A stretch of DNA of 64,000 nt, taken from contig JAHWIC010000003.1 in the NCBI GenBank assembly GCA_019322805.1, forward strand, positions 964 to 64,963, in the 5' to 3' direction. The stretch is from Candidatus Woesearchaeota archaeon (lineage in GTDB: Archaea > Nanobdellota > Nanobdellia > Woesearchaeales > JAHWIC01). Of this stretch, positions 52,189-60,196 are shown piece after piece. The notes beneath the pieces were generated by a model that saw only the letters and a program-made list of their open reading frames with translations, did not search any database and was not told the DNA's origin. How positions within the stretch are numbered: position 1 is the first letter of the stretch; every line of letters starts with the position of its first letter. The translations under genes and the position numbers were made by a program.

Positions 52189-52337
52189 TCCCGCGGGAGG
52201 GACATCCGAACTTCTTTGTTTATCGAACCCCCAACACTACGGTAACAGCTGCCTTATTTTCATCCTTAGCAATTAGCTATGTCGATAAGTGGCTATATCA
52301 CCTACAGCCGTATGCTCTACCGTTGAGCTACCGCGGG
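52189..52337 (-). tRNA. tRNA-Tyr(GUA) with two intervening sequences (58 nt at 37/38; about 19 nt in the T-loop)
   Basis: Minus strand: CCCGCGG-UA-GCUC-AACGGUA-GAGC-A-UACGG-CUGUAG[58 nt]A-CCGUA-GUGUU-GGGGG-UUCGA[19 nt]GU-CCCUC-CCGCGGG-A. All stems pair. The loop CUGUAGA equals that of archaeal tRNA-Tyr, and C1-G72 is present. No CCA is encoded, and a T-run follows. Confidence 0.85.
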
Positions 52338-52386
52338 TTTAGTATTAAGAAAACAACATCTCTTTTTAAATTTATCTCTAAAATAT

Positions 52387-52758
52387 AAATCAATAAAAAC
52401 AATTATCATTAAAAAATCAATAAAAACAAAAAATAAACGGGAATCAAAGATTCCTTAGTAGGGCTTGTTTCACTCGGCAACAATCTGATTTTTGCCCCAA
52501 ATCAATTTGAAAAAATTCAATAAACGAAAAATAATAAATAGGATTTTTGCTTGATATTCAACAGTAAAGCAAAAATCATCTACAGTGTTTCTAAAGAACC
52601 AAACTAAGATGAAAATTCCTTGAGCGTGGTTGTGAAAGGAATTTTCGGATTTATTAATTGTTATTTAATAAAAATTAAAGAAATAAAAACACAACCAAGT
52701 GCGCAACTAATTGTGCATACATTCCAGCACCCAGTGATAATATCAATAAAACCCTTAA
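52387..52758 (+). repeat. R-element locus R6 (truncated copy interrupted by a complete copy; core 52540-52649)
   Basis: A 5' module as in R3 and TCTGATTTTTGC (52484-52495) are followed by a new left arm (AATCAATTTG...AATAAACGAAAAA) and then a full core and right-hand module. Confidence 0.9.
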
Positions 52759-54204
52759 TCAAGAATTAATATAAAGCCTGTTTGAATGACTTCTTATCTG
52801 CCTGCCCATATAACCGAATTTTGCCTTCATTGGAGGCAGCATAAACTCACCTAGAATAGAAAGCTTTGCCTTTACCCTGTATGTTATAACCCTCTCTTCC
52901 TCAGGCTCCAGCTCGTTTATGCTCCACTTTAACAGCATTCCTTTCTTTTCATGTTTTAGAACCTTGTTTGGCTGCAAAGAGCCGATTGATAATTCCTGCT
53001 CAACCTCAACAAGATCAGGAACCTTGTCAGTTAGTTCAAGATCCTTTATATTGTTCTTGCCCCTGTTCGTGACGTTTAAAATGACTTTTACTGCATCTAT
53101 TCCTCCTTCATGCTTATGAATATCTGCAACTGATTTTTTGATAATTAAGGGGCTTCTGAACTGGTAATAAAGACCTAATGCAATAGCAGCTAGGATAATG
53201 ATAAGCAGCAATGGCCTGTAGTTAATCACGACCCTCGCTTCGTACTGCTCTCCAGGTCCAAGAGAAACCTCCCAGCTTAGATATCTAATCCCCTCCACTT
53301 TTATGGTCTGGGCAGTTGGCTCTGTTGAGGTAAACATATTCCTTAAGAACGATGTTTCAACCTTAACTGGACCATCATAACCAACATTTCCATCATTTGT
53401 AAATACTATTATACTGTCTATTTTTAGGAATACCTTTGTTGGCTTAATCTCAGGAACAATCTCTGAATATTTGACAATCTCAATGTTCTTCTTCAAAGGA
53501 CCAGTAATTGTTTCATTTCCCCGCATAAGGCTGATATAAAGAATATCTGGCTGTGGCGGTGTCATGGAATCAAGTGTTTCAGTGATATCAACTGTTTTCT
53601 GCTCTTTTGGTTCTATACCGGTTACGACAGTTTTCTGGATAAGCCAGTTTTCACTTTCTATCTTGATTGCTAGGTCAGGTATATCCAGAGGATTCTGGTT
53701 TGTTAATTCTACTTTTATGGGTATAGGATCTCTTGGGTTAATCTCTTTAGGCATTATGACATCCATCATAACTGTGGGTACATACTGTTTTGTTCCAGCT
53801 GGATGCCTTAGAGTGACTGTAGCAGGCACAGTAACAAGCTTGTCTGTCCTTCCTGACCTTACATTTATGTTAACAGCATGTACTCCTGGCTGGGCACTGA
53901 CAGGCTCAACAAATACGGTTATTGTTTCGCTTGATTTACTCTCAACGACAGCGCTGACAGAATATTCGCCAGGCGCAGAATAAATGCTCCATAAAGGATA
54001 ATCCAGGGTGTATATCCTATATACGTCACTTATCCCCAGGTTATTTATTATCCTGAGATAAAAGCTTGCTGCTGTGCCTTCATCTATGTATATCTTATCG
54101 TTTATTGGATTTAACTCAACATAGAACTGTTCTGCACTATAAACTACAGGAATTAATGCAAATATAGCAATAAATAGCGACAGTAAACGCTTATTCCAAA
54201 ACAT
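52759..54204 (-). CDS. Exported protein with C-terminal-proximal membrane anchor, unknown function
   Basis: N-terminal signal MFWNKRLLSLFIAIFALIPVVYSA, a beta-rich body, and a TM helix LLLIIILAAIALGLYYQF. Confidence 0.6.
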   Translation of the reverse strand: MFWNKRLLSLFIAIFALIPVVYSAEQFYVELNPINDKIYIDEGTAASFYLRIINNLGISDVYRIYTLDYPLWSIYSAPGEYSVSAVVESKSSETITVFVEPVSAQPGVHAVNINVRSGRTDKLVTVPATVTLRHPAGTKQYVPTVMMDVIMPKEINPRDPIPIKVELTNQNPLDIPDLAIKIESENWLIQKTVVTGIEPKEQKTVDITETLDSMTPPQPDILYISLMRGNETITGPLKKNIEIVKYSEIVPEIKPTKVFLKIDSIIVFTNDGNVGYDGPVKVETSFLRNMFTSTEPTAQTIKVEGIRYLSWEVSLGPGEQYEARVVINYRPLLLIIILAAIALGLYYQFRSPLIIKKSVADIHKHEGGIDAVKVILNVTNRGKNNIKDLELTDKVPDLVEVEQELSIGSLQPNKVLKHEKKGMLLKWSINELEPEEERVITYRVKAKLSILGEFMLPPMKAKFGYMGRQIRSHSNRLYINS

Positions 54205-54284
54205 AATACACCTCTTCTATTTTTTATACTGGACTAATATATAAATGTTACGCTAAAATGGTAAATAGAACAGTAGTGAAAAAA

Positions 54285-54425
54285 TGGGGCCGCCGTGACT
54301 TTCATGCCATAATTCCTTTCAGGGATTAACGGCGTTCGAACACGGGTTGGAAGCTATCCTGAGCAAAAGGAAACGCCTTAAGCAGTCCCCGAGCTCCAGT
54401 CATAGCCAAACTAGACCACGGCCCC
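54285..54425 (-). tRNA. tRNA (Pro-like acceptor/T arm) with a 36-nt T-loop insert and an unresolved 38-nt anticodon region
   Basis: Minus strand: GGGGCCG-UG-GUCU-AGUUUGGCUA-UGAC-U-GGAGC-[38 nt]-GCUUC-CAAC-CCGUG-UUCGAA[36 nt]U-CACGG-CGGCCCC-A. The acceptor, D, anticodon and T stems pair. UCGGGGA follows the anticodon stem. A T-run follows the 3' end. Confidence 0.6.
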
Positions 54426-54530
54426 AAGTAAAGCAAAAATAACCCTATCCTGCTTATTAATTTTTTTATTTTACATACCGAAAATTATATATAATGCTTT
54501 ACAAGGTATATGCACTAAAAGAGGATTAAC

Positions 54531-55160
54531 ATGGCTTGGTGGACAAAGGAAAAGAAAGAAGAGAAAAAGGGACCAGAAAAGGAAAAATATTCAGAAGCAG
54601 TACAAAGAAAACGCCTTGGGGGTCTTAATGAGGATCTAAGGCTGACTGAAGCTGAGTTAACAAGATATGCTGATTTGAAGAGAAAGGTAAGTGATTTTAG
54701 AAAAGAACTGGCTTTTGTTGGAAGTTATTCGCCTATGTACCAAAGCGTGAATCGTTCTAAAGAAAGGCTGGCTCGATTAGAAGAGCAGGCAAAGAGCTTA
54801 TTTAGAGAGGTTAAAGGATTGGAAAGGCTCCAGGAAAAACTTAGAGCATTAAAGAACGAGGAATTAGTTGATTATATAGTTGGGCTGAAAGGCATTGTAC
54901 TGCCCAGGCTTAAGGCAAGATTCAGGAGAGACTTAAGAGTAGAGCACTGGATTGAAGAAGGCACATTCACTCTTGAAAAACTGTTGAGGAGAGCTATAAC
55001 TGCTTTTAAGCTAAGGACTGAAACAAGACGGCCAAATGTACAGCCATTAATGCATTTCTTTGCTGGAGTAGAGTCCTTGATTGATAGGGGGCTGAAAGAA
55101 CTTGCAATAAGAGTAGCAGACATTAATGACCTGAGAGCATCTATTGGAAAAGCTGCTTAA
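54531..55160 (+). CDS. Hypothetical coiled-coil protein
   Basis: 209-aa K/E/R/L-rich ORF, no motif recognised. Confidence 0.5.
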   Translation: MAWWTKEKKEEKKGPEKEKYSEAVQRKRLGGLNEDLRLTEAELTRYADLKRKVSDFRKELAFVGSYSPMYQSVNRSKERLARLEEQAKSLFREVKGLERLQEKLRALKNEELVDYIVGLKGIVLPRLKARFRRDLRVEHWIEEGTFTLEKLLRRAITAFKLRTETRRPNVQPLMHFFAGVESLIDRGLKELAIRVADINDLRASIGKAA

Positions 55161-55240
55161 GCCCGGGAAAAGCTGATTTGATTCTTCTTTTACTTATAAA
55201 CAAATAATTTTATATACTGGTTTATCAAAAATAAATATAG

Positions 55241-56962
55241 ATGAAATTTTTAGACCTAGTTAAGGTGTATGAACAACTAGAAGCAACCAGTTCTGGCAAT
55301 AAATTACGGGAAATCCTCTCAAATTTCTTTAAAAAGGCTCCTAAACAGGAGATAGAGCAGGTTGTTTACTTAACCTTAGGCCAGATAGCTTCTGATTTTG
55401 AGGATATTAACATAGGCATGGCAGATAAGATGGTTGTTAGGGCTATAGCTAATGCTGTTGATAAGGACATTTCAGAAATAAAGCAGATATTCAAAACAGA
55501 AGGAGATGTTGGAAAGACAGCAGAAAAGACTGTTGCAGGAAAAACAGCGAAGCTGCAGATAAATGGGGTTTTTGAAAGCTTACATAAGATAGCAGAAGCA
55601 TCTGGTGCGGGAAGCCAGGATGTTAAAATAAGCACTTTAGCAGGTTTATTAAAAAAAGCAACACCAAAAGAAGCAAGATATTTGGCAAGAATTGTTTTAG
55701 GCACTTTAAGAATGGGTGTTGGCGATATGACTGTTCTTGATTCTTTATCCATTACCTTTACTGGAACAAAAGCGAACAAGAAATTCCTGGAGCATGCATT
55801 CAATATCTGCCCTGATGTTGGGATCATTGCAAAGACAATCGCAGATAAGGGGCTTAAAGGCATTGATAAGATTGGTGTTGCTGTTGGAAGACCAATAAAG
55901 ATGATGTTAGCTCAGAGAGTTACTGATATAGAGACAATAAGGGAAAAGATGCCGGAAGGTATAGCTGCTGAGGAAAAATATGATGGTGAAAGAATACAAG
56001 CGCATTTCAGCAAAGGAAAACTGGTTCTTTTTTCGAGAAGAATGGAAGCTATAACTAACCAGTTCCCGGATGTTTGCCAGCAAATAAAGAAAAATCTCAA
56101 AGCAAAAGGGTTTGTTGTTGAAGGAGAGGCAGTTGCTATTGACGAAAAAGGAAATTTACTTCCTTTTCAAAGATTAATGCAGAGAAGAAGGAAGTATGAT
56201 GTTGAGGCTTATGTAAAGAAAATCCCTGTTTGCATTTATTTATTTGATTTATTATACCTAAACGGAAAGAGTTACATTAGAGAGGACTATCCTAAAAGAC
56301 ACAAGGCATTAGAAAAGATAGTAAAAAAAGAGACAAAAAACCTGCAGATTGCAAAAAGAATTATTTGTGATGATATCGAATGCATTGAAGAATTTTTTAA
56401 CAAATCCCTGCAAAGAGGATGCGAGGGAATTATAGCAAAATCAACTGCAAAAGGCTCTATCTATAAGCCTGGAACCAGAGGCTGGTTATGGATTAAATGG
56501 AAAAGAGAATACTCAACTGAGTTAGCAGATACCTTTGACTTAGTTGTTGTTGGCGCTTTTGCTGGCAGAGGCAAGAGAAGCGGCACTTATGGCTCTTTGC
56601 TTTGTGCAGCCTATAACCATAAAAAGGATTTTTTTGAAACAGTTTGCAAATTAGGCTCTGGTTTTACTGATGAGCAATTAGCAGAATTACCCAAAAGGTT
56701 TAAAAAGTATCGGGTAAATAAAAAACCTGCAAGATTAGTTATAAATAAGGCTATGAAACCTGATTTTTGGTTTGAGCCAAAAATAGTTGTTGAGGTTTTA
56801 GGGGCTGAATTAACAAGAAGCCCTATACATTCAAGCTCTGAAAAGCAGGGAAAAGGCCTGGCTTTAAGATTTCCAAGATTTAAGCGCTATAGAGAAGACA
56901 AGAAACCAGAGCAGGCAACAACTTCAAAGGAAATATTAGACTTATACGAAAAAAAGAGGTAA
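55241..56962 (+). CDS. lig: ATP-dependent DNA ligase
   Basis: Adenylation motif I EEKYDGERIQAH, EGIIAKS and WIKWK motifs. The TATA-like box lies 32 nt upstream. Confidence 0.95.
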   Translation: MKFLDLVKVYEQLEATSSGNKLREILSNFFKKAPKQEIEQVVYLTLGQIASDFEDINIGMADKMVVRAIANAVDKDISEIKQIFKTEGDVGKTAEKTVAGKTAKLQINGVFESLHKIAEASGAGSQDVKISTLAGLLKKATPKEARYLARIVLGTLRMGVGDMTVLDSLSITFTGTKANKKFLEHAFNICPDVGIIAKTIADKGLKGIDKIGVAVGRPIKMMLAQRVTDIETIREKMPEGIAAEEKYDGERIQAHFSKGKLVLFSRRMEAITNQFPDVCQQIKKNLKAKGFVVEGEAVAIDEKGNLLPFQRLMQRRRKYDVEAYVKKIPVCIYLFDLLYLNGKSYIREDYPKRHKALEKIVKKETKNLQIAKRIICDDIECIEEFFNKSLQRGCEGIIAKSTAKGSIYKPGTRGWLWIKWKREYSTELADTFDLVVVGAFAGRGKRSGTYGSLLCAAYNHKKDFFETVCKLGSGFTDEQLAELPKRFKKYRVNKKPARLVINKAMKPDFWFEPKIVVEVLGAELTRSPIHSSSEKQGKGLALRFPRFKRYREDKKPEQATTSKEILDLYEKKR

Positions 56963-56963
56963 A

Positions 56964-58070
56964 ATGGTTCATCTAGGTTCATCACATAAAGTAGCAAGGG
57001 TCTTTGGTATTGATATAAAGCTCCACATAAGCTGGTTTTTCATCTTTTTCTTATTAGCCTGGTCTTTGGCAACATGGTATTTTCCTACAAACTATGAGTT
57101 TAGCACTGCTGTTAACTGGGTTTTAGGCTATATAGCCGCTGCATTATTGTTTGTTTCTGTTGCAGCGCACGAATTAGCTCATTCAGTTGTTGGGCAGCAC
57201 CATGGAATAAAGGTTTATTCAATAACCCTCTTCTTTTTTGGAGGAATAGCAAATATATCTGACCAGAAGATCAGCCCGGAGACAGAGCTTAAGGTTAGTT
57301 TAGCAGGGCCGATATTAAGTTTGGTTCTTGCAGCCGGGTTTTTTCTCCTTACAAAGGTTCCTTTGATACCCCAGATTACTGCGGTCTTTAAGTACCTTGC
57401 AATTCTAAACACGTTTTTGGCATGCTTCAACCTTCTTCCAGGCTACCCATTGGATGGGGGCAGGGTATTAAGGGCAATTATCTGGAAAGCTACAGGAAAT
57501 ATAAAAAAAGCAACAAAGTACGCATCAGACGGAGGAAAGACAATTGGCTATGCGCTGGTCTTTGTTGGTGTTGTCAGTATATTCTTTGGCTATGGCGGCC
57601 TCTGGTATATTCTGCTTGGCTTATTCATTGTGTTCCTAGCTGATGCCGGCTTCCAGCAGGTTCTGCTTAAGCAAAAACTTTCAAGGGTTGAGATAGGCAA
57701 GCATCTTGAAAAGAAGTTTTTAGTGCTGAGCCCAAGACAGACTTTGAAAGACTTCGTAAAAAAATGCATAGAGCTTGACCACCATAGTTTTATTGTTAAG
57801 GACAAGAATATATACGCAGTAATAAACCTGGATGAATTGGCAGAGATACCCAAGAAATTCTGGTCAAGGGTAAAGGTTGGCGAAGTTGCAAAGATTGTAG
57901 CTCCTTTATCTTACGATGAGGATGCTTACAGCGCATTAAGAAAGATGCAGAACCTTGATGTTGATATAGTGCCTGTCAGGAAAGGCAGCAAGGTTATTGG
58001 TGTCCTTCATCAGTCAGCTATCATGAATATTGCGAGGGTAAGATTGTTAGAAGAAAAACTTGAAGGATAA
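56964..58070 (+). CDS. M50 site-2 protease with C-terminal CBS pair
   Basis: HELAHSV (HExxH) and NLLPGYPLDGG, then two CBS-like repeats. Confidence 0.85.
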   Translation: MVHLGSSHKVARVFGIDIKLHISWFFIFFLLAWSLATWYFPTNYEFSTAVNWVLGYIAAALLFVSVAAHELAHSVVGQHHGIKVYSITLFFFGGIANISDQKISPETELKVSLAGPILSLVLAAGFFLLTKVPLIPQITAVFKYLAILNTFLACFNLLPGYPLDGGRVLRAIIWKATGNIKKATKYASDGGKTIGYALVFVGVVSIFFGYGGLWYILLGLFIVFLADAGFQQVLLKQKLSRVEIGKHLEKKFLVLSPRQTLKDFVKKCIELDHHSFIVKDKNIYAVINLDELAEIPKKFWSRVKVGEVAKIVAPLSYDEDAYSALRKMQNLDVDIVPVRKGSKVIGVLHQSAIMNIARVRLLEEKLEG

Positions 58071-58073
58071 TTC

Positions 58074-58448
58074 TTGGATAAAATGGGCATATTTGTTGTT
58101 CAAAAACATAAAGCAACTCACTTGCACTGGGACTTTCGTTTAGAGCTTGATGGCGTCTTAAAATCTTGGGCTGTTCCGAAAGAGCCGCCTAAAGCAAAAG
58201 GAATAAAGAGGCTGGCTATAAAAGTAGAAGACCATGAGCTTGATTATGCAGGGTTTGAAGGAACAATCCCAGAAGGAATGTATGGTGCAGGAACTGTTAA
58301 GATCTGGGATAAAGGAACTTACGAATTAAAGGAAAAAGCCAAAGATAGGCTTGTTTTTGAGCTAAAAGGGAAAAAATTAAAAGGAAGTTATTGCTTAATA
58401 AGGTTTAAGAAGGCTGGAGCAAAGAATTGGTTACTATTCAAGATGTAA
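58074..58448 (+). CDS. LigD-type 3'-phosphoesterase domain protein
   Basis: FVVQKHKATHLHWDFRLELDGVLKSWAVPKEPP ... DYAGFEGTIPEGMYGAGTVKIWDKGTY. The start may be the ATG at 58083. Confidence 0.8.
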   Translation: MDKMGIFVVQKHKATHLHWDFRLELDGVLKSWAVPKEPPKAKGIKRLAIKVEDHELDYAGFEGTIPEGMYGAGTVKIWDKGTYELKEKAKDRLVFELKGKKLKGSYCLIRFKKAGAKNWLLFKM

Positions 58449-58747
58449 TCAATAAAAAGAAACCAATTTGGAAAAATCAATAAAAACAAAAAATCAATCC
58501 GATTTTTGCTTAATGCTCCACATTAAGGCAAAAATCGTTGAAAACCACCTTCGGTGGTTTTTAACGTGCTCAGAAATCATACCTAATGAAATGGATAAGT
58601 ATGATTTCCGACACATCCGCTGTCATTGCTAAAGGAAAAGAAGAGGATGAAAATTCCCTTATGGTGGTTGTGAAAGGAATTTTCAGATTAAATTTTTATT
58701 GTTTTTTTGTTTATTGATTTCAGATTAAGGAATGATGGTGATAAAAT
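58447..58747 (+). repeat. R-element copy R7 (short TIR-bounded form with expanded arm 2; core 58498-58687)
   Basis: Arm 2 carries CGTTGAAAACCACC-ttcg-GGTGGTTTTTAACG (a UUCG loop) and GAAATCATAC...GTATGATTTC. The right arm TTTTATTGTTTTTTTGTTTATTGATT is an inverted copy of the left words. Confidence 0.9.
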
Positions 58748-58903
58748 ATGATTGATGAAGAAATAGAAAAAATGAAGAAAAAGATAAAAAAGGAAATTGA
58801 AAAACATATAGAAATAGACGAAAGCGATATACCTGTTCATGAAAGATACGTCAAAGAAGAGGATATAAAGCAGATAAAGAAAAAGAAGCGAAAAGATTTA
58901 TAA
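58748..58903 (+). CDS. Small K/E-rich ORF (51 aa, below ORF-track cutoff)
   Basis: My translation is MIDEEIEKMKKKIKKEIEKHIEIDESDIPVHERYVKEEDIKQIKKKKRKDL. GGTGAT lies 6 nt upstream of the ATG. Confidence 0.3.
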   Translation: MIDEEIEKMKKKIKKEIEKHIEIDESDIPVHERYVKEEDIKQIKKKKRKDL

Positions 58904-58937
58904 ATTCCTTTAATGATAATCAAACCGAGGTGATTTG

Positions 58938-60119
58938 ATGGTTAAGGCAATTGTTGTTTCAGATATTCTGTCCACCCAGTTTAGCACAATAGATGAGAAT
59001 GAACCTGTTTCAAAAGCGCTTGGCAAGTTTACATCACTAAGACCAAAGCCTTACCTTCTTATTGTTCTTGATAAAAGGAAAAGATACAAGGGATTAATTA
59101 CAGAGCGAGACATTGTACGCACAAATTTCCAGCCTAAAGCAAAGGTGAGTGAGCTCATAGCTAGGTTAATGCGAAGATTCCCAATTGTATCCCCTGACCG
59201 TACAATAACAGAGGCAACAAGGCTGATGCTTGAGAATGAATTAAAGTATCTTCCTATCATAGAGAAAGGCAAGGTTAAGGGAATCATAAGGGATATAGAT
59301 ATCTTAGATAAGGTTGTTAAGACAAACTTTGGCAATGAGCCAGTTGAGAAGTATGTTACAAGAGAGCCTTATGTCCTGGCTCCTGATGATACAGTTGGCA
59401 AGGCGTTGAACCTTTTCAGGGAGAACAATATTTCAAGAGCTCCTGTTGTTGAGAGGGGGAAGATACTTGGCATACTTACAATGCACAACATTGCAGTTAA
59501 GTTTCTGCAGCCTAAGGTAAAGGAAGGAAGAGGAGAGCTTGCAGGAGAAAGCATGAAGTATATAAGATTCCCTGTCAAAGGAATAATGACCTCATTAGTT
59601 ATAACCTGCTCGATGAAGGAGAAGGTGAAAGCTGTTGTAAAGAAGATGCTGAGGCATGATATAACTGCTGTTGTTGCTGTTGACAACAAAGGAAGATTGG
59701 AAGGGATTGTTGCAAAAAAGGATTTGCTTGAATCAATTGCTTCCTTAGTTAAGCCTCCTGTGCAGAAGTTCTTTATACAGGTTGCAGGCGAGCTTGGCGC
59801 ATTGGATAGTTTTGATAAGGAGTCTGTTTCAAATGATCTGCAGGCCTTTGTAAACCAGTATGATCCAAAGTTCAATGAAGGGCATCTGTATGTCTATATA
59901 CAGCTGCAGAGAGAGAAGACACGCAATAAAAGACAGTTCTACTGCAAGGTTAACTTTACAACAGATAAAGGAAGGTTTCATTCTGGAGAAAAAGGCTGGG
60001 GCGTAGAGCAGGCCTTAAGCAAGTCATTAAGGGAAATAGAAAGGCAGATAGAAAAAAAGCTTGGAAAGCAGATACATAGAACACCAAGAAAGGGTTTGTA
60101 TCCGAGCAGGATAAAGTAA
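58938..60119 (+). CDS. Four-CBS-domain protein with C-terminal HPF/RaiA-like domain
   Basis: GAGGTGAT SD before the ATG at 58938. Four CBS repeats. The C-terminal FIQVAGE...HLYVYIQLQ...FYCKVNFTTDKGRFHSGEKGWGVEQALSKSLREIERQIEKK fits the beta-alpha-beta-beta-beta-alpha pattern of ribosome hibernation factors. Confidence 0.6.
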   Translation: MVKAIVVSDILSTQFSTIDENEPVSKALGKFTSLRPKPYLLIVLDKRKRYKGLITERDIVRTNFQPKAKVSELIARLMRRFPIVSPDRTITEATRLMLENELKYLPIIEKGKVKGIIRDIDILDKVVKTNFGNEPVEKYVTREPYVLAPDDTVGKALNLFRENNISRAPVVERGKILGILTMHNIAVKFLQPKVKEGRGELAGESMKYIRFPVKGIMTSLVITCSMKEKVKAVVKKMLRHDITAVVAVDNKGRLEGIVAKKDLLESIASLVKPPVQKFFIQVAGELGALDSFDKESVSNDLQAFVNQYDPKFNEGHLYVYIQLQREKTRNKRQFYCKVNFTTDKGRFHSGEKGWGVEQALSKSLREIERQIEKKLGKQIHRTPRKGLYPSRIK

Positions 60120-60167
60120 GCACCCTTCTCGTATTTATCACTGTTTGATAGTTAAATCAGGTAAAGG

Positions 60168-60177
60168 TTTATAAATA
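60168..60177 (+). promoter_or_regulatory. TATA-like box upstream of the NTPase locus
   Basis: TTTATAAATA begins 29 nt upstream of the TTG start at 60197. Confidence 0.4.
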
Positions 60178-60196
60178 ATGTTCTATTATATAGTCG

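Noticed and set aside
52176-52388. 70-aa + strand ORF from the six-frame track
   Set aside because: It is antisense to, and almost entirely covered by, the well-folding tRNA-Tyr gene (52189-52337). The composition of the translated peptide reflects tRNA sequence, not coding.
6875-58747. CRISPR array interpretation of the recurring repeats
   Set aside because: The copies are kilobases apart and 140-390 nt long. They are internally structured and not separated by short unique spacers. No cas genes are present in the window.
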